A stretch of DNA of 64,000 bases from the human T2T-CHM13v2.0 reference genome, Homo sapiens. The position numbers were made by a program, and so were the translations under genes. The stretch lies in NCBI RefSeq assembly GCF_009914755.1, contig NC_060927.1; one strand, 5' to 3'. Below, piece by piece: positions 1 to 14,189 of this stretch. Position 1 is the stretch's first letter. Every line of letters begins with the position of its first letter. Below the pieces are notes generated by a model. It searched no databases, was not told the DNA's origin, and saw only the letters and a list, made by a program, of their open reading frames with translations.

Positions 1-1150
1 AGCTGTGGTCCCAGACAAAGGTGGGGCCAGCACCTCTCAGGAAAAATAGTGCAGTTTAAGGCGCTCTCTCTCTGAATAGGAGAGGCCTAGTGTTGAGAAT
101 GACAGATTAGGAGATGGAGTGGGAGGTGTGAGGAAAGGGAGAACATTTGAAATTGCCAATTTGAGACTGGGAGAGAGGGCTGCCTAGAGAAACACAGGAA
201 GTTTGCCAGGCATTTGTGAGTGCCCAGTAAATGTGGGAGCCATAAACTGGAATTGAAATCAATCCAAGCAGTTGTGTGATTTTCTCCATTAGAGCCCAGA
301 AGCACTGATGTAGGGGCTAAGAACACAGGCAGTGAAATTTATCTAATGCTGGGGTGTGGCAGGCAGTGTGACAAATGGCAAAGCGTTCCTGGCCAGACAG
401 GCAGATTTGAGGGGACACAGGGAAGAGGAACTTCACATACTCAAATGAGGACTGAGGACTAAAAGACATGGAGAACTGAGAACAAAGGATTGAGGGCCGT
501 GGGAATTGAGGCACATGGAGAAGAGGACCTTCACGTCTTAAAACACTCACTTAGGAATTGTGGTTTGCAAAGACAGGTGTATGCCAAGACTTTCTTAAGA
601 AATTTGTAAAACTAGGAATAAACTAGTTATAAATTATGACGATCCATCTTGTTTGAAACATTACATGACTGTAGAAAAATGGTGGACTCCTACATAAAAA
701 TGAAAATTCCATAATGTCCAAGGGAATTTATTATACATAAACATCTTTTAGGAGGATACAGTTGTAGCATTTTCATAACAAAGGGGTGCATATTTCAAGA
801 AATGGGAAATGGAGTTTTAAAGTTTATACAAAATAAATACTGAAAGTCAGCAAACAAATTATAAATCATATGTAACTTGAATTTTATCATCTACAGATTT
901 TAGTTGTGAGCATAAATATTTATTGGGACGTATGGAGTTGGACAAAAATAGGGTTACATATGGCACATGAAAAATAGGAAAGAAGCATATTGACAATATT
1001 AAAATATATTAATAGCAATCCACCTCTGAAACAGTTTCACTAAAGTCACAATTATGCCTATTCCAGGTTACTATTAAATCTCTTGTACAGGAACAGTATA
1101 GAAGTCTTAGTTGGGGTGTATAATTACTATTAAAAATATTTCAACTGTTA

Positions 1151-1748
1151 ATTTTTTATTATACTTTAAGTTCTGGGATACATGGGCAAAATGTACAGGT
1201 TTGTTACATAGGTACACATGTGCCATGGTGGTTTGCTGCACCCATCAACCCGTCATCTACATTAGGTATTTCTGCTAATGCTATCCCTTCCCTTACCCCC
1301 TACCTACTGACAGGCCCCGGTGTGTGATGTTCCCCTCCCTGTGTGCATATGTTCTCATTGTTCAACTCCCACTTATGAGTAAGAACATAAGGTGTTTTGT
1401 TTTCTGTTCCTGTGTTAGTTTGCTAAGAATGATGGTTTCCAGCTTCATCCATGTCCTGCAAAGAGATGAATGAATTATTTTTTATAGCTGCATGGTATTC
1501 CATGGTGTATATGTGCCACATTTTCTTTATCCAGTCTAACATCGATGGGCATTTGGGTTCGTTCCAAGTCTTTGCTATTGTGAATAGTGCTGCAGTAAAC
1601 ATATGTGTAGATGTGTCTTTATAGCAGAATGATTTATAATCCTTTGGGTATATACCCAGTAGTGGGATTGCTGGGTCAAATGGTACTTCTCATTTTAGAT
1701 CCTTGAGGAATTCCACACTGTCTTCCACAATGGTTGAATTAATTTACA
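1151..1748 (-). mobile_element. 5'-truncated L1PA (about PA7/PA8) 3' end with TSD
   Basis: Begins TTTTTTATTATACTTTAAGTTCTGGGATACATG (reverse complement of the L1PA 3' end); direct repeat TCAACTGTTA(A/G)TTTTT at 1141-1156 and 1749-1764; TT/AAAA-type site on the minus strand. Confidence 0.92.
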
Positions 1749-2587
1749 TCAACTGTTAGTTTTTAAAAGTAGAGGATCTACATTGCTTAAATCTGAGAGC
1801 ATCACTAGGACAAGCCACTCATATTATAATGGGCTACTTTTGACATTTCCACTTAGTTTTCCCTTCATATTGCAGAAAACATTGTTTTCACACATTTAGA
1901 ATGTTTGTAGGACAAAAAAGTGAAATATAGCTTGCCAGTCATTCAAACCATAAATGTAAATCTAGCTGAATTATATTTTAATTCAAATTGCTATTGAATG
2001 CCACTTGAAGGTCCATATTTAAAAATGGCTACTGCTCATGTTGAGCAACACTGTTTCATAAATGCCTTCATGGTTCTAATGTTGAACTCCTTTAAGTTCA
2101 GTTAGAGCTTTACAAATATAACCATGTGACCGGAAATTATTTTTAAGCAGTTAAAAAATAAAATAGAAAGTAGACGTAGGGCATATGCTAGTAGTTGGTG
2201 TCTTATTCTGTGAGTGGTGCTGCAAAAATTTTGACTTTCCCAAAATATCTCCTGTTCTGCTGTGATGTGTCTTCTGTTCTGTTTTATATGATTCATAATC
2301 TGTATCATAGTAGTAAACTTTCTGGGGTATTCTGAGGGGATGTCTTTTGGAGCCCATTGACAAAATGCTACCAGAAGGGAGGAAGATCTTAAGTTCTTCT
2401 ATAAGCTTTCATTCTTATATGTCTATGCAGGGGAACACATATGCAGGTATGGACACCTCCTCATCTTGCTTGGGCATAGAAAAGGGAGAAGGTGGTAGAA
2501 GCGGAAAGGAAATTTGCATCTGTTGTAGAGGGAGGAGATACTGGCAAATATGTATAAGAAATAATGAAAAGGATGATGAGCATTTTG

Positions 2588-2728
2588 TAAATGACGAGTT
2601 AATGGGTGCAGCACACCAACATGGCACATGTATACATATGTAACAAACCTGCACGTTGTGCACATGTACCCTAGAACTTACAGTATAATAAAATATATAT
2701 AAAAAATAATAATAATAAATAAATAAAA
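2588..2728 (+). mobile_element. Short young L1PA (about PA3-5) 3' tail with A-rich tail
   Basis: TAAATGACGAGTTAATGGGTGCAGCACACCAACATGGCACATGTATAC...CCTAGAACTT followed by an A/AAT-rich tail. Confidence 0.9.
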
Positions 2729-3009
2729 GATTGTGCTTCTACTATATGTAAAATCTTACCAAGAAAAACTCATATACATGACATTAAACTCTAAAAAATG
2801 AAAAAAAAAATGAAAAGGGAGAAACCTGGAAAAAGGAGGAGTGACGAGATTTAATTTTGGCTATTCTACAGTTTTGCCTGGAGCTAGCCCCTGTCCTTTC
2901 ATACATTAGGAGAAAATAATGTAAAATCTTGGGAGCCGAACATGACTTAATAATTATGTAGACTTTGAAGTTTAGAGATATAACATCTGTTTTGGGCTAC
3001 ACAATTATC

Positions 3010-3132
3010 TATATTACAGATAAGGACCTTGAAATTTAAACTAAGTCACTTTCCCAGATCTCATAGGACAGTACAGGGATTTGAACTCATATTTTCTAAT
3101 CTTAGAAATTACACACTTTGTACTACATTACA
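3010..3132 (-). mobile_element. MIR fragment
   Basis: TTACAGATAAGGA...AAGTCACTTTCCCAGATC...GGGATTTGAACTC resembles the antisense MIR core. Confidence 0.55.
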
Positions 3133-4140
3133 AGGTCCTCTAAAAGAAATCCCTTCCTGTAGCATAAAATACAAATGTTAATTTCATTTAATTCTTCCTT
3201 CCTACTGTTATTTCTTCTTCTTCCAGCTCTCTTTAAGTCTTTTATATTGTGGGGTTAATTGCATTTTACTTAGCATACCATTTTTGCAAATGCTTATTTT
3301 AAATTTAAAAAGAGAGGAAGAGAGGAGAGAAAAGAAGGGAAGGGAATTTTTCAGTGAAACACCTGGAAATTCCTAAGAACATTTCCAGTTACACATAGGT
3401 TTGAAGTTTTGAAGTTTTTATTTTAAATAAAAGTTTTCTAGGGTGTAAAGCCCATGTTTTATTCTTAGCTTTGCCACTGAGTCATTCTCTGCCCTTGGAC
3501 ACCTCACCTAACACATTGTAACCTAGTAAGATTTAGCGTTTTTCAAAACTAGATGGTGTTTGAAAAGAGAAATCTTCAGTTTTCCTCCTTGTGATGTTCC
3601 TGTTTTCTTAAAGTACTTGAGATCCTGGGTGTCCTGCTGTGACTTGTTCAAGCGTAATTTGTAACAGAAATGATTGAAAGGTTTCTAGATTTAGCATGAT
3701 CTCTTCAAAAGGGATCTTTAAAGTTGAAGTATGGCTAACCTATTATTTTCTTTTCTATTGCCTTATACTGGGTTATCCTTCAACAAGGTAACATGCAACC
3801 ATCCACTGCCTGTAACCCTGGCTTCCTGTGCAGCAAAGAGAATGTGACTGCCAGACTTTTCCCCTGAACTTTGCTTCATGAGTGAAAACAGGATTAAATT
3901 ATAGTTTCCATTTTTAAGATTCTTAAATAATTTAGTATACTTTATGGTTATTTTCCTACTTACATTCCTCATCCTTTATGAGTAGCCCTCTCATTTGTTC
4001 CCTCATATCTTTAGGAATGTGTGCACTTAGATAATTAGACATTCACAGTTACGAAAACTAAGATCACAAAGGTTGGTCATTAAGTTTGATTTTCATAAAG
4101 CTTCTTTCTAATTCCATGTGAACTTTGCAACACAGTTATC

Positions 4141-5128
4141 TTTTTTAAAATTTTTGATTTATGTGTGTACATAGTAGGTGTATATACTTATGAGGTACAT
4201 GAGATATTTTGATACAGGCATGCAATACATAATAAACTGTCCATGGAAAATGGGATATCCATCCACTCAAGTATTTATCTTCTGTGTTACACACAATCCA
4301 ATTCTACTTTTTAAGCTATTTTAAAATGTACAATTAAATTATTACTGACTATAGTCACCCTGTTATGCTGTCAAACACTAGGTTTTATTCATTCTTTGTA
4401 ACTAATTATTTTGTATCTGTTAACCATCCCCATCTCTCCCCAACCACTTCACTATCCTTCCCAGCCTTCCTATGCGGATAACTATCCTTCTACTCCTATC
4501 TCCAAGAGTTCAGTTGTTTTGACGTTTAGATCTCACAAATAAGTGAGAACATGTGATATTTGTCTTTCTGTGCCTGGCTTATTTCACTTAATATAATGAT
4601 CTCTAGTTCCATCCATGTTGTTGCAAATGACAGGATCTCATTCTTTTTTTATGGCTGAATAGTATTATTGTGTATATGTACCACATTTTCTTTGTTCATT
4701 CATCTGTCGATATACGTTTAGGTTGCTTCCAGATCTTCACTACTGAGAATAGTGCTGCAACAAATATGGGAGTGCAGATATCTTTTTGATATACTGATTT
4801 TCTTTCTGTTGTGTGTATATATAGCAGTGAGATTGCTGTATCATATGATAGCTCAATTTTTTAATTTTTTGAGCAACCTTGAAACTGTTTTCCATATTGG
4901 TTATACTAATTTACATTCCCACCAACAGTGTATGAGGGTTCCCTTTTCTCCACATCCTCGCCTGTCTTATTGCCTGCCTTTTGGATATAAGCTGTTTTAA
5001 CTGGGATGAGATGATTGTAGTTTTGATTTGCATTTCTCTGATGATCAGTGATGGTGAGCACCTTTTCATATGCCTGTTTGCCATTTGTGTTTTCTTTTGA
5101 GAAATATCTACTCTAATCTTTTGCCCAA
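4141..5128 (-). mobile_element. L1MA (about MA2/3) 3' UTR and ORF2 end
   Basis: GTACATAGTAGGTGTATATA...GATACAGGCATGCAAT...AAATAAGTGAGAACATG...CATTCCCACCAACAGTGTATGAGGGTTCCC. Confidence 0.85.
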
Positions 5129-6162
5129 TAGTTATTATTAATATTTATTCATTGAATATTTTAATTGTTGTTTTAGTTATGATACAAATTTTGCAAATAT
5201 TTGAATACTTAATAAAAAGTTTTATTTTATTGGAATATATGAAAAGATTCATTGATAGATTAAGTTAGACCTCAGAAGGTTGTAGGTGTGGATTTAAAGG
5301 TAAAACTTCTGATTTTATTTCTGTGGAAGTCAATCTTTCACATAGTTTTCTGAGTGACATCTATAAGCTAGGTGCATGGTGAGTGATTTGAATATTCTGG
5401 AAAACCATTTTCTGCTTTTGAGGTACTAATAATGTAGCTGAAGAAGCATTACATTTATATTAAATATTAGTGAGAGTTGAAGGCTATATTCATATAAGAG
5501 CTGTCACAAAATAGCGTGTGATTAACTGTCGAATGAAAATTACAGGTAATAAAACATTACCCTATTAGCTAGGAAGCAGGCCTAGGTAGAAGACATGATC
5601 CTGGAACTAGACTCTGAGGGATTATGAAAGTACTTTTTAGAAAGTTAGACATAGGGAAAGCCAAGGAAGCATGAAAATAACCAGAGTAAAGGCCAAGAAG
5701 TAAAAAGAATCAGACTTGTTTAAGCAGAAAATGCTCTCTAGGGAAACACATACCCTCTAGGTTGGTCAAGTAGAATGGCTTAGGGAAATAAAGGAGAAGC
5801 TAGAAATAAGGATCCAAAGAAAACTTTATGGCAGAGGAATGGTATGATCAACATATCGTTTATGAAGGAAAGACAATGTAAAATGTATACAAGATAAACT
5901 AGATAGAAGAGATTCACTAAGACCAGTTCTGAGAAAACTGCAGTAGCTATGTTAGAAGATAAATGTATGAACAAAGCCAGTGAGGGTATATATTTATTTA
6001 TTTAGATGTTAACATAAAAAGTATAATGTAGAAATACTTCCTAAATATACTTAATTGAGTAAAATAATAATAAAGACCTAAAGAAAGATGTATCTATAAT
6101 ACTGAAAAGGGATTTGTTTAAATACCAAATTTACTCCCTTAAAAATTAGTTATTTTTGTCCT

Positions 6163-6678
6163 TGTGGTAGACAGCTTATAAGATGGTCTCCAATAATCCC
6201 TGCCTTGTAGCCCTTCTGTAAGCTGTTTCCCTGGAGGGTAGGACGGACTTGCAGACTCTCTCCTAATGAATAAACTATGGTGAAAGTAATGGGGTGTCAC
6301 TTCTGAGATTAAGTTACAAAAAGATTGTGGCTTTCATCTCATCCTCTCTTGCTCTATTGCTGGTTTGTTCTGAGGGAAGCTAGCACATTTTGTGACGTCC
6401 ATGTGACAAGGAATTGATGACTCTGGTCAATAGTTTAAAAAAAGACTTCAATGAGTGAGTGAGCTTGGAAGTGTACCATCCCTAAATCCAGACATGAAAT
6501 GACCCAATTTTCAGCCAACACCTTGATTGAAGCCTTGTGAGAGACCCTGGGCCAGAGGCACCCAGCTAAGACATTCCAGGATGCTTAACCCCCAAAGAAA
6601 CTATGAGCTAATAAATGTTTGTTGTTTTGTCATTGAGTTTTGGAATAAGTTGTTAGATAGCAATAGACAACTAATACA
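6163..6678 (+). mobile_element. MLT1F-like solo LTR (MaLR)
   Basis: TG...CA termini; TGTGGTAGACAG start; GAGACCCTG...CCCAGCTAAG...AATAAATGTTTGTTG...GCAATAGACAACTAATACA end. Confidence 0.8.
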
Positions 6679-7812
6679 TTATTATAGTGTTACATATTCT
6701 TCTACCTCTACCAGGACACCTGACTGAATACTATAAAGGATGCTTCTACTATAATACAACAAAATTTAAGCTAAAGTATACTTGTCAGTTTATTAGAATC
6801 ACTGGAGTCATGGAAAATAAGAGGCAGTTCCAGAGATAAAATAAACTAAAGCCTGTAGGCAGAAAGCTTACCCTAGGAGAAATGATAGCTAATTCCTGGG
6901 AACAGGAGACCAAGCCTGGGGTTCACTGCAACGTAGCAGCTAAGAAGAGTTTCTTATGTAGGGTTAGAGAAGTTCAAGGTCAATAATGCCCCTGAAAAGT
7001 ATACCCAATTTGAGCTTTTAGGCTCTTCCTCTGAAAAAATTAGATAAAATATTTGAACACATAATTAAAATAAAAACAATGACAACAAAGGAAACAGGCA
7101 ACCACAGAGAGTAATGGAGAGATATTACCAAGGACTTTAGTTATTGGAATTGTCTGGAAAAGTGTACAAGTTAAGCATCTATGGAATTTGTAAAGAAAAA
7201 ATTGCATATAAAATGAGCAAATAATAAGTGATCATTAAAAATAATCAGTCTTAAAAAAGGATGAAAAAGAATATTTAAAAATATAATCTTTTCTACACTT
7301 TTTCTTCCCCCTCATCCCTGTCCTCGTATCTCTTCTAGTCATGCTATTGCTTTTAGTTCTCTTAATTAAATTTGAAATTCATTTAATATATTAAGCCTCT
7401 ATTTCATTGGTGTGTCAATGTTAGACAACGTTACTCGCATTTTCATGATGTAAGTTGATGGATTTAGTGGCCTTATGTAATCTCTCCTTGTCCCCTCTAA
7501 TTCTCAAATGCTGATTACCATATTATTATATTTGTACTGTCATGGATATTATTATTTACATTCCATTTTGTTACTATATTATTCATCTTCCTTGGTATGC
7601 TTATAGATGACATCTAGAAATAGAAACAATGATCAGCATATATAAAATCACAATTACATAGATATTGACTGCAAAGCAAAAGTGAATTTCAACTCTTTAA
7701 AGGAAGGTGGCATGATCACTTTTCTGTGCTGCTCAGAAAGAAACAGCTAACAAAAATGAGTGGAGATGGGGAGAGAGAAGATGGGAGGGTACGTATAGTA
7801 TGTTATAATTCC

Positions 7813-8266
7813 TCTATTTCATTCATTTGAAGATGTGCTTTTTGTTTTTAACATTGGGACATCTCTGAGTTTGGAATGCATCTTATAATCATTGTTGGCC
7901 AGGCAGTGGTAATGATCTGCTCACGTGAAAACTTGACCATAGCTGCTCGTAATATCATCATTTAAATGGAATGATGCACAATGCCAGTACTACATACATT
8001 GAGTTTAATTGCCATTTAAAATATCAGGAAGAGTACATTATGATTCAGCAATAGTACAGTTATTGTATACATAGAAAGGAAAGAGAGCAGTGTGATATGT
8101 GCTAAAATGCATACATAATCTAGAAGAGTTACTGCAAAGAGTATAAAATAAAAATTCTAAATAATAGGAAAGCATATGCCATAGTTTAATTAGGAACTTT
8201 TTTTTTCTTAGTGATTATAATAGTGCATCATCTAATTAATAGATTTCTAGGGTCAATGAAATGTAA
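7813..8266. mobile_element. TcMar-Tc2 (Kanga/MER104-like) DNA transposon remnant
   Basis: TATTTCATTCATTTGAAGATG...ACATCTCTGAG...GAATGCATCTTATAATC with a degenerate inverted end ...GTCAATGAAATG. Confidence 0.5.
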
Positions 8267-8464
8267 ATTTTAAATGTGTATATTATAATTTGCCTTTTCC
8301 TTTTCAGTAAAATATTTCAGCTTTCTCGTTTTGCTATTCATTATAGGGAATTCACTTTATTCTCGATTTTTGTACAGAACCCTAATCTAATTTGCTTTGC
8401 AGATTTGCTGTGATACAAGCAGCAGCTGTTCCAGCCCTTTCATCCCCATACCAATTACCTCTTT

Positions 8465-8835
8465 CTAGAGTAACAAGTTTTGGCTAGACACATTTGCAAC
8501 TTCTCTTGCAGCTAGGGATGACAACATGACTAGGTTCTCCGCATGTGATGTGGGCAGAAGTGATAGAATAAAATGAAATCCCCCCAACCTCTTTCCCTTT
8601 ACCTTCTTTATCCCTTCCCTGAGGCTGGAGTGTGGATGTGGTGGGAAGCCATCTTTAACAATGCACCCAAGGACCAAAATACAGAGGTTGTGAAATAAGA
8701 TGGAAAGAAAAAGCCCCAACATCAATGAGTTGTCCTACTAGCATTGGATTATCTATGGTTACTGATACATGAGGAAAAAAATATATATTCTTTAAGTCAG
8801 TATATATTAAGGGACAATATAATTGCTCTTTTAGC
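8465..8835 (+). mobile_element. Old MLT1 (J/K-like) LTR fragment
   Basis: CATTTGCAACTTCTCTTGCAGCTAGGGATGACAACATGACTAGGTTCT motif; GCCATCTT; ...TTTAAGTCA. Confidence 0.55.
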
Positions 8836-9421
8836 ATCCCTTTGCCTTTTTGTGTGTGTGAAGTAGGTCACATACTTCACACAAAAGTACTCCCATATTA
8901 TCTTTATTATTGTCTATAAGAATCTACAGTGATGCTCCCTCTCTTCATTGCTGATGTTTATAAAATTTTCCTAAGAACTAACTTATTTGTTCATTTTTCT
9001 CTCTCTAATATTTCTATTTTATATTATATCATTTCTTCCCCTATTTTTATTATTTTTAGTTCGTTTACTTACTTTGGTTTTCATTAGCTTACTGTTTTTC
9101 TGGTTTCCTAAGTGGAGAAATTGGAACATTGATTTTACTTGCCTTTCTTCATTTAAAGCTATAAGCTTCTCTGTAAGAACTGCTTTATCTATATTCCATA
9201 TATTTTATATTTTGTTTTCCTTATCATTCAGTTCAAATATTTATTGAAATTTACCTTTGATTTCTTCGACTCATGGATTATTTGAAGTATTTTGGTTTGT
9301 TTCCAAAAACTTGAGGATTTTCTACATAACTAATGTTACTTCAGTTTTAATATTATTATGTCTAGAATGTATACTCTGATTTACATTCTTTGGTATTTAT
9401 TGAGACTTGATCTATGTAGGT

Positions 9422-9621
9422 CATGGTTTCTCAAACTTCGCATAGACATATTTGACTGGATATTACTTTGTTGTGGGAGTTATTCTGTATATTTTAGGAT
9501 AGCTAGCAAAGTCTCTACTAGATCTCAGTTTCTCCCCTATAGTTGCAATAATCAAAAAATATCTTGAGACATTACCAAATGTTTTCAGGGAGGCAAAATT
9601 GCCTCTAGTTGAAAAATGCTG
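9422..9621 (-). mobile_element. MER20 (hAT-Charlie)
   Basis: CATGGTTTCTCAAAC...GACATTACCAAATG...GGCAAAATTGCCTCTAGTTGAAAAATGCTG matches the MER20 reverse complement. Confidence 0.75.
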
Positions 9622-10788
9622 ATCTAGAAAAATGTCCCATGCGCACTTAAAAAGAATGCATAATTTACAGTGATTGGGTGTGATGTTCTATAAATATCAG
9701 TTAGATTCAGCTGGTTATTAATGTTGTTCAAATCATACAAATCTTTACTCATTCTTTTGTACTTAAAAAATCAATTATTGATAAGGTGTCTTAAAAATTT
9801 CCAATTATGATCACACATTTTTGTGTTTTTGTCTTTAGTTCTAACAATTTTTGAATCACATATTTCAAAGCTTGTTATTAGTTGCATATACATTTATCAT
9901 TGTTATTTTATGTTAAAATTGATGGTTTTCCCATTATAAAATTTACCTGTCTTGATACTTTTCCTCAAAGTCTAGTTATATTAATATACCCACTTCAATT
10001 TTCTTATGCTTAGTGTTATCATGGTATTTTTTCACACCTTTTCTCTTTCAGTTTACTCATGCTTTTGTTTTCAAATAATTTCCTTTAAACATAGTTTCAT
10101 CTTGAATTTTTAAAATCTAACCTGACATTCTTTATTTGGAGTATTTATTTTGTTTGTATGTAATGCAATTATTGATGTGTTACGTTTCTCATCTTGATTT
10201 TTCTCCCTCTTTTCTTGTTTCTCATCTTGAGTATATTGCATACATTTTTAGGATTGCATTTTATCTCATGCATGTATTTTCAGCTATAACTTTTCATATT
10301 ATTTTAGATAGTGGTTCTAGATATTACACTAGGTATTATTAAGCTAGCACACATGAATATGGGTATATATTTTTTGATGTATCTTGCATCAACATAATTT
10401 TCTTTATCTTCTTTCTGCTCTGTGTGCTCGTTTTCTATTTTTTCGTATTATTTTACAACTCCATAAAACATTGTTTATATTTTTGTTTTGTACAGTTCAT
10501 GTTTATGTTGCTTTAAATAAATTCAGAAATTATTATACAGATATTATACCTACACACACACTAATTTTTAAATAATTATATCTATTGACTTTCTCTGGTC
10601 AGATTTTTTTTCTTTTTAATTTCTAATTTTACTTGTTTCTTTTCCTCTTTGTTTCATTTGGATACTTTTCTTTTTATTGATCAGCCCTCACATTCATTGA
10701 TACTGTCTTCTGCTTTTTCCAGTCTGCTATAAGTTCGTTCAATGAATTTATAATTTTCAATCAATAACTTTTTACATGCAACATTTCT

Positions 10789-11045
10789 TTTTTTTTGTTT
10801 TTTTGAGACAGTTTCACTCTTGTTGCTGAGGCCACAGTGCAGTGGCACGATCTTGGCTCACTGCAACCTCCATCTCCTGGGTTCAAGTGATTCTTCTGCC
10901 TCAGCCTCCTGAGTAGCTGGGATTAGAGGCACCTGTCACCATGCCTGGCTAATTTTGTATTTTTAGTAGAGACGGGTTTTTACCATGTTGCCCAGGCTGG
11001 TCTGGAACTCCTTACCTCAGGTGATCTACCCACATCGGCCTCCCA
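10789..11045 (-). mobile_element. 5'-truncated AluS (Sq/Sp-like) with perfect 16-bp TSD
   Basis: Antisense Alu dimer stopping at ...GGCCTCCCA; TACATGCAACATTTCT at 10773-10788 and 11046-11061. Confidence 0.95.
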
Positions 11046-11832
11046 TACATGCAACATTTCTATTTAGATCTTTATGCAGTTATCATGTGTTTGCTGAAAT
11101 TTCCAATCTTCCTACTTATTATGCACCATTTTTACTTTATTCTTTAACATTTTTATTGTGGTTATTTTAACTTATTTGTTTGATATTCCAACATTTGTGC
11201 TATCTCTAGCTTTGCTTCTATTGATTATTTTCTCTCTTGTTCATTGTTCGTATATTTTGCGTTTTGTTTGCTTGTAATCTTTCAATTTTTTGTGAAACAT
11301 TTTGTAAAAAAAGGATAGTAGAAGCTGAAGGAAGTAACATTTGCTTCTAAGTAGAGGCAGGCACAGTTTTAATCAGACCATGAGAGCAAAGGTTGGGTCA
11401 ATATACTGTAGTTGATTTGGGTTTGTGCTTTATTTCAACATTAGCTTAATTTAGTTTTCTGCTATCTTCAAATGTTTGGAGAATTGAATCAGGACTATTC
11501 CTTCTGTAGGGCTTGGGGTCAGAGCACTACCAATACTCAAGAGATCTGCCTATACTTCAAAGCTGAACCACCAGCTTTTGCAACTCTGGGATATATCTAG
11601 TTTACAGTCTGTTTGTCAGTTTTGTGGGTCCTGAAGCATTGTTTTTGCCTTTCAGACATACCCATTGCTTTCTGCATCTTGGAATGTCTCTTTCAGACCT
11701 GTTTTCTATCTCCCAGTCTTTGCAGGGCTGTGGCTCTATACTCTATAAAGATACAGAACTCTTTGAAGAGATTTAGCTTTAGCTTTCCCAATTAGCCTTC
11801 TGTCTTTAGTAATTGAGAGCCAAATTATAATG

Positions 11833-11834
<2 letters not shown>

Positions 11835-11880
<46 letters not shown>
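11835..11880. repeat. (TG)n microsatellite
   Basis: About 23 uninterrupted TG units. Confidence 0.98.
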
Positions 11881-11881
<1 letters not shown>

Positions 11882-11953
11882 TGTTTGTATGTGATCTCTT
11901 CAACCCCTCTAACCTTCCTTAGATGATGTATTTCCCTGCATTTGCTTCCCTGC

Positions 11954-14189
11954 TGATATGGTTTGGCTCTGTATCCCCACCAAAACCTCATCTTGTAGCT
12001 CCCATAATTCCCACATGTTGTGAGAGGGACCCGGTGGGACATGGTTGAGTAATGGGAGTGAGGGTGAGGGTGGGTCTTTACTGTAGTGTTCTCTTGATAG
12101 TGAATAAGTCTCATGAATCTGATGGTTTTAAAAATGGGAGTTTCCCTACACAAGCTCTCTCTTTGCCTGCCACCATTCATGTAAGATGTGACTTGTTCCT
12201 CCTTGCCTTCTGCCATGATTGTGAGGCCTCCCCAGCTATGTGGACCTATAAGTCCATTAAACCTCTTTTTTGTAAATTACCCAGTCTCAGGTGTATCTTT
12301 ATCAGCAGCATGAAAATGAACTAATATAGTAAATTGGTACCAGTAGAGTGGGGTGCTGCTGAAACAATACCTGAAAATGCAAAAGTGACTTTGGAACTGG
12401 GTAACAGGCAGAGATTGGAACAATTTGGAGGGCTCAGAAGAAGACAGGAAAATGTGGGAAAGATTGGAACTTCCTAGAGACTTGTTGAATGACTTTGACC
12501 AAAATGCTGATAGTGATATAGACGATGAAATTCAAGCTGAGGTGATCTCAGATGGAGAGGAGGAACTTGTTGGTAACTGGAGCAAAGGTAACTCTTGTTA
12601 AGTTTTAGCAAAGAGACTGGTGGTATTTTGCCCCTGCCCTAGAGATTTGTGGAAAGTTGGATTTGAGAGAGATGATTTAGGGTATCTGGTGGAAAAAATT
12701 CCTAAGCAGCAAGGCATTCAAGAGGTGACTTGGGTGCTGTTAAAGGCATTCAGTTTTGAAAGGGAAGCAGAGCATAAAAGTTTGGAAAATTTGCAGCCTG
12801 ACAATCTGATAGAAAAGAAAATCTCATTTTCTGAGGAGAATTCAAGCCGGCTGCAGAAATTTGCACAAGTAATGAGGAGCCAAATGTTAATCCCCAAGAC
12901 AATGAGGAAAATGTTTACAAGGCATGTCAGAGGTCTTCACCGCAGCCCCTTCCATCACAGGCCCGGAGGCCTAGGAGGAAAAAGTGGTTTCATGGGGTGG
13001 GCCCAGGGTTCCATGCTGTGTGCAGCCTAGGGACTTGGTGCCCTGCAACCCAGCTGCTCCAGCCATGGCCGAAAGGGGCCAATGTAGAGGTTGGGTGTGG
13101 CTTCAAAGGGTGCAAGCCCCAGGTCTTGGCAGCTTCCATTTGGTGTTGAGCCTGTGAGTGCACTGAAGTCAAGAATTGGGGTTTGGGAACCTCTGACTAG
13201 ATTTCAGAAGATGTATGGAAATGCCTGGATGCCCAGGCAGAAGTTTGCTGCAGGGGCAGGGCCCTCATGGATAACCTCTGCCAGGGCAGTGCGAAAGGGC
13301 AATGTGGGGTTGGAGCACCCACACAGAGTCCCTTCTGGGGCACTGCCTAGTGGAGCTGTGAGAAGAGGGCCACCGTCCTCTAGACCCCAGAATGGTAAAT
13401 CCACTGACAGCTTGCACCATGCCCCTGACATTCAATGCCACAGACATTCAATGCCAGCCTGTGAGGGCAGACAGGTGGGAGGCTATACCCTGCAAAGCCA
13501 CAGGGGTGGAGCTGCCCAAGGCCATGGGAACCCACCTCTTGCATCAGCATGACCTGGATGTGAAATGTGAGAGTCAAAGGAGATCATTTTGGAGCTTTAA
13601 GATTTGACTGCCCTGCTGGGGCTGTAAAGATTTGACTTTAAGATTTGACTAGCCCCTTTGTTTTGGCCAACTTCTCCCATTTGGAATGGCTATATTTACC
13701 AAATGCAAGACTTTGGACTGTGGACTTTTGAGTAAATGCTGAAATGAGTTAAGGCTTTGGAGGACTGTTGGGAAGGCATGATTGGTTTTGAAATGAGAAG
13801 ACATGAGATTTGGGATACGCCAGGGACAGAATGATATGGTTTGGCTCTCTGTCCCCACCCAAATCTCATCTTGTAGGTCCCATAATTCCCACGTGTTATG
13901 GGAGGGACCTGGTGGGAGATGGTTGTATCCTGGCAGCAGATCTTTCCTGTGGTGCTCTCGTGATTGAGAATAAATCTCACAAGACCTGATGGTTTTAAAA
14001 GTGGGAGTTTCCCTGCACAAGCCCTCTCTTTGCCTGCCACCATCCATGTAAGATGTGACTTGCTCCTCCATATCTTCTGCCATGATTGTGAGGCCTCGCA
14101 AGCCATGTGAAACTGTAAGTCTGTTAAACCTTTTTTTTTTTTTGTAAATTGCCCAGTCTTTATCAACAGCATGAAAAAGGACTAATATA
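11954..14189 (+). mobile_element. THE1 (D-like) MaLR provirus: LTR 11954-12328, internal, LTR 13832-14189
   Basis: Both LTRs start TGATATGGTTTGGCT and end CTAATATA; 5-bp TSD CCTGC at 11949-11953 and 14190-14194; internal ORF fragments are MaLR-type. Confidence 0.95.

Larger units (their letters stand above)
8880..11800 (-). mobile_element. Highly decayed old L1 (L1M), interrupted by MER20 and Alu
   Basis: T-rich antisense ORF2/ORF1-like text, e.g. GGGTGTGATGTTCTATAAATATCAGTTAGATTCAGCTGGTT...GTTGTTCAAATC. Confidence 0.6.

Noticed and set aside
3697-3792. Short hydrophobic ATG frame ending at AG/GTAACA, a possible signal-peptide exon
   Set aside because: Only ~31 codons, no downstream exon or promoter evidence; expected by chance
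11806-14172. Many overlapping 130-158 aa ORFs
   Set aside because: All lie within the THE1 provirus or the TG repeat; repeat-derived frames
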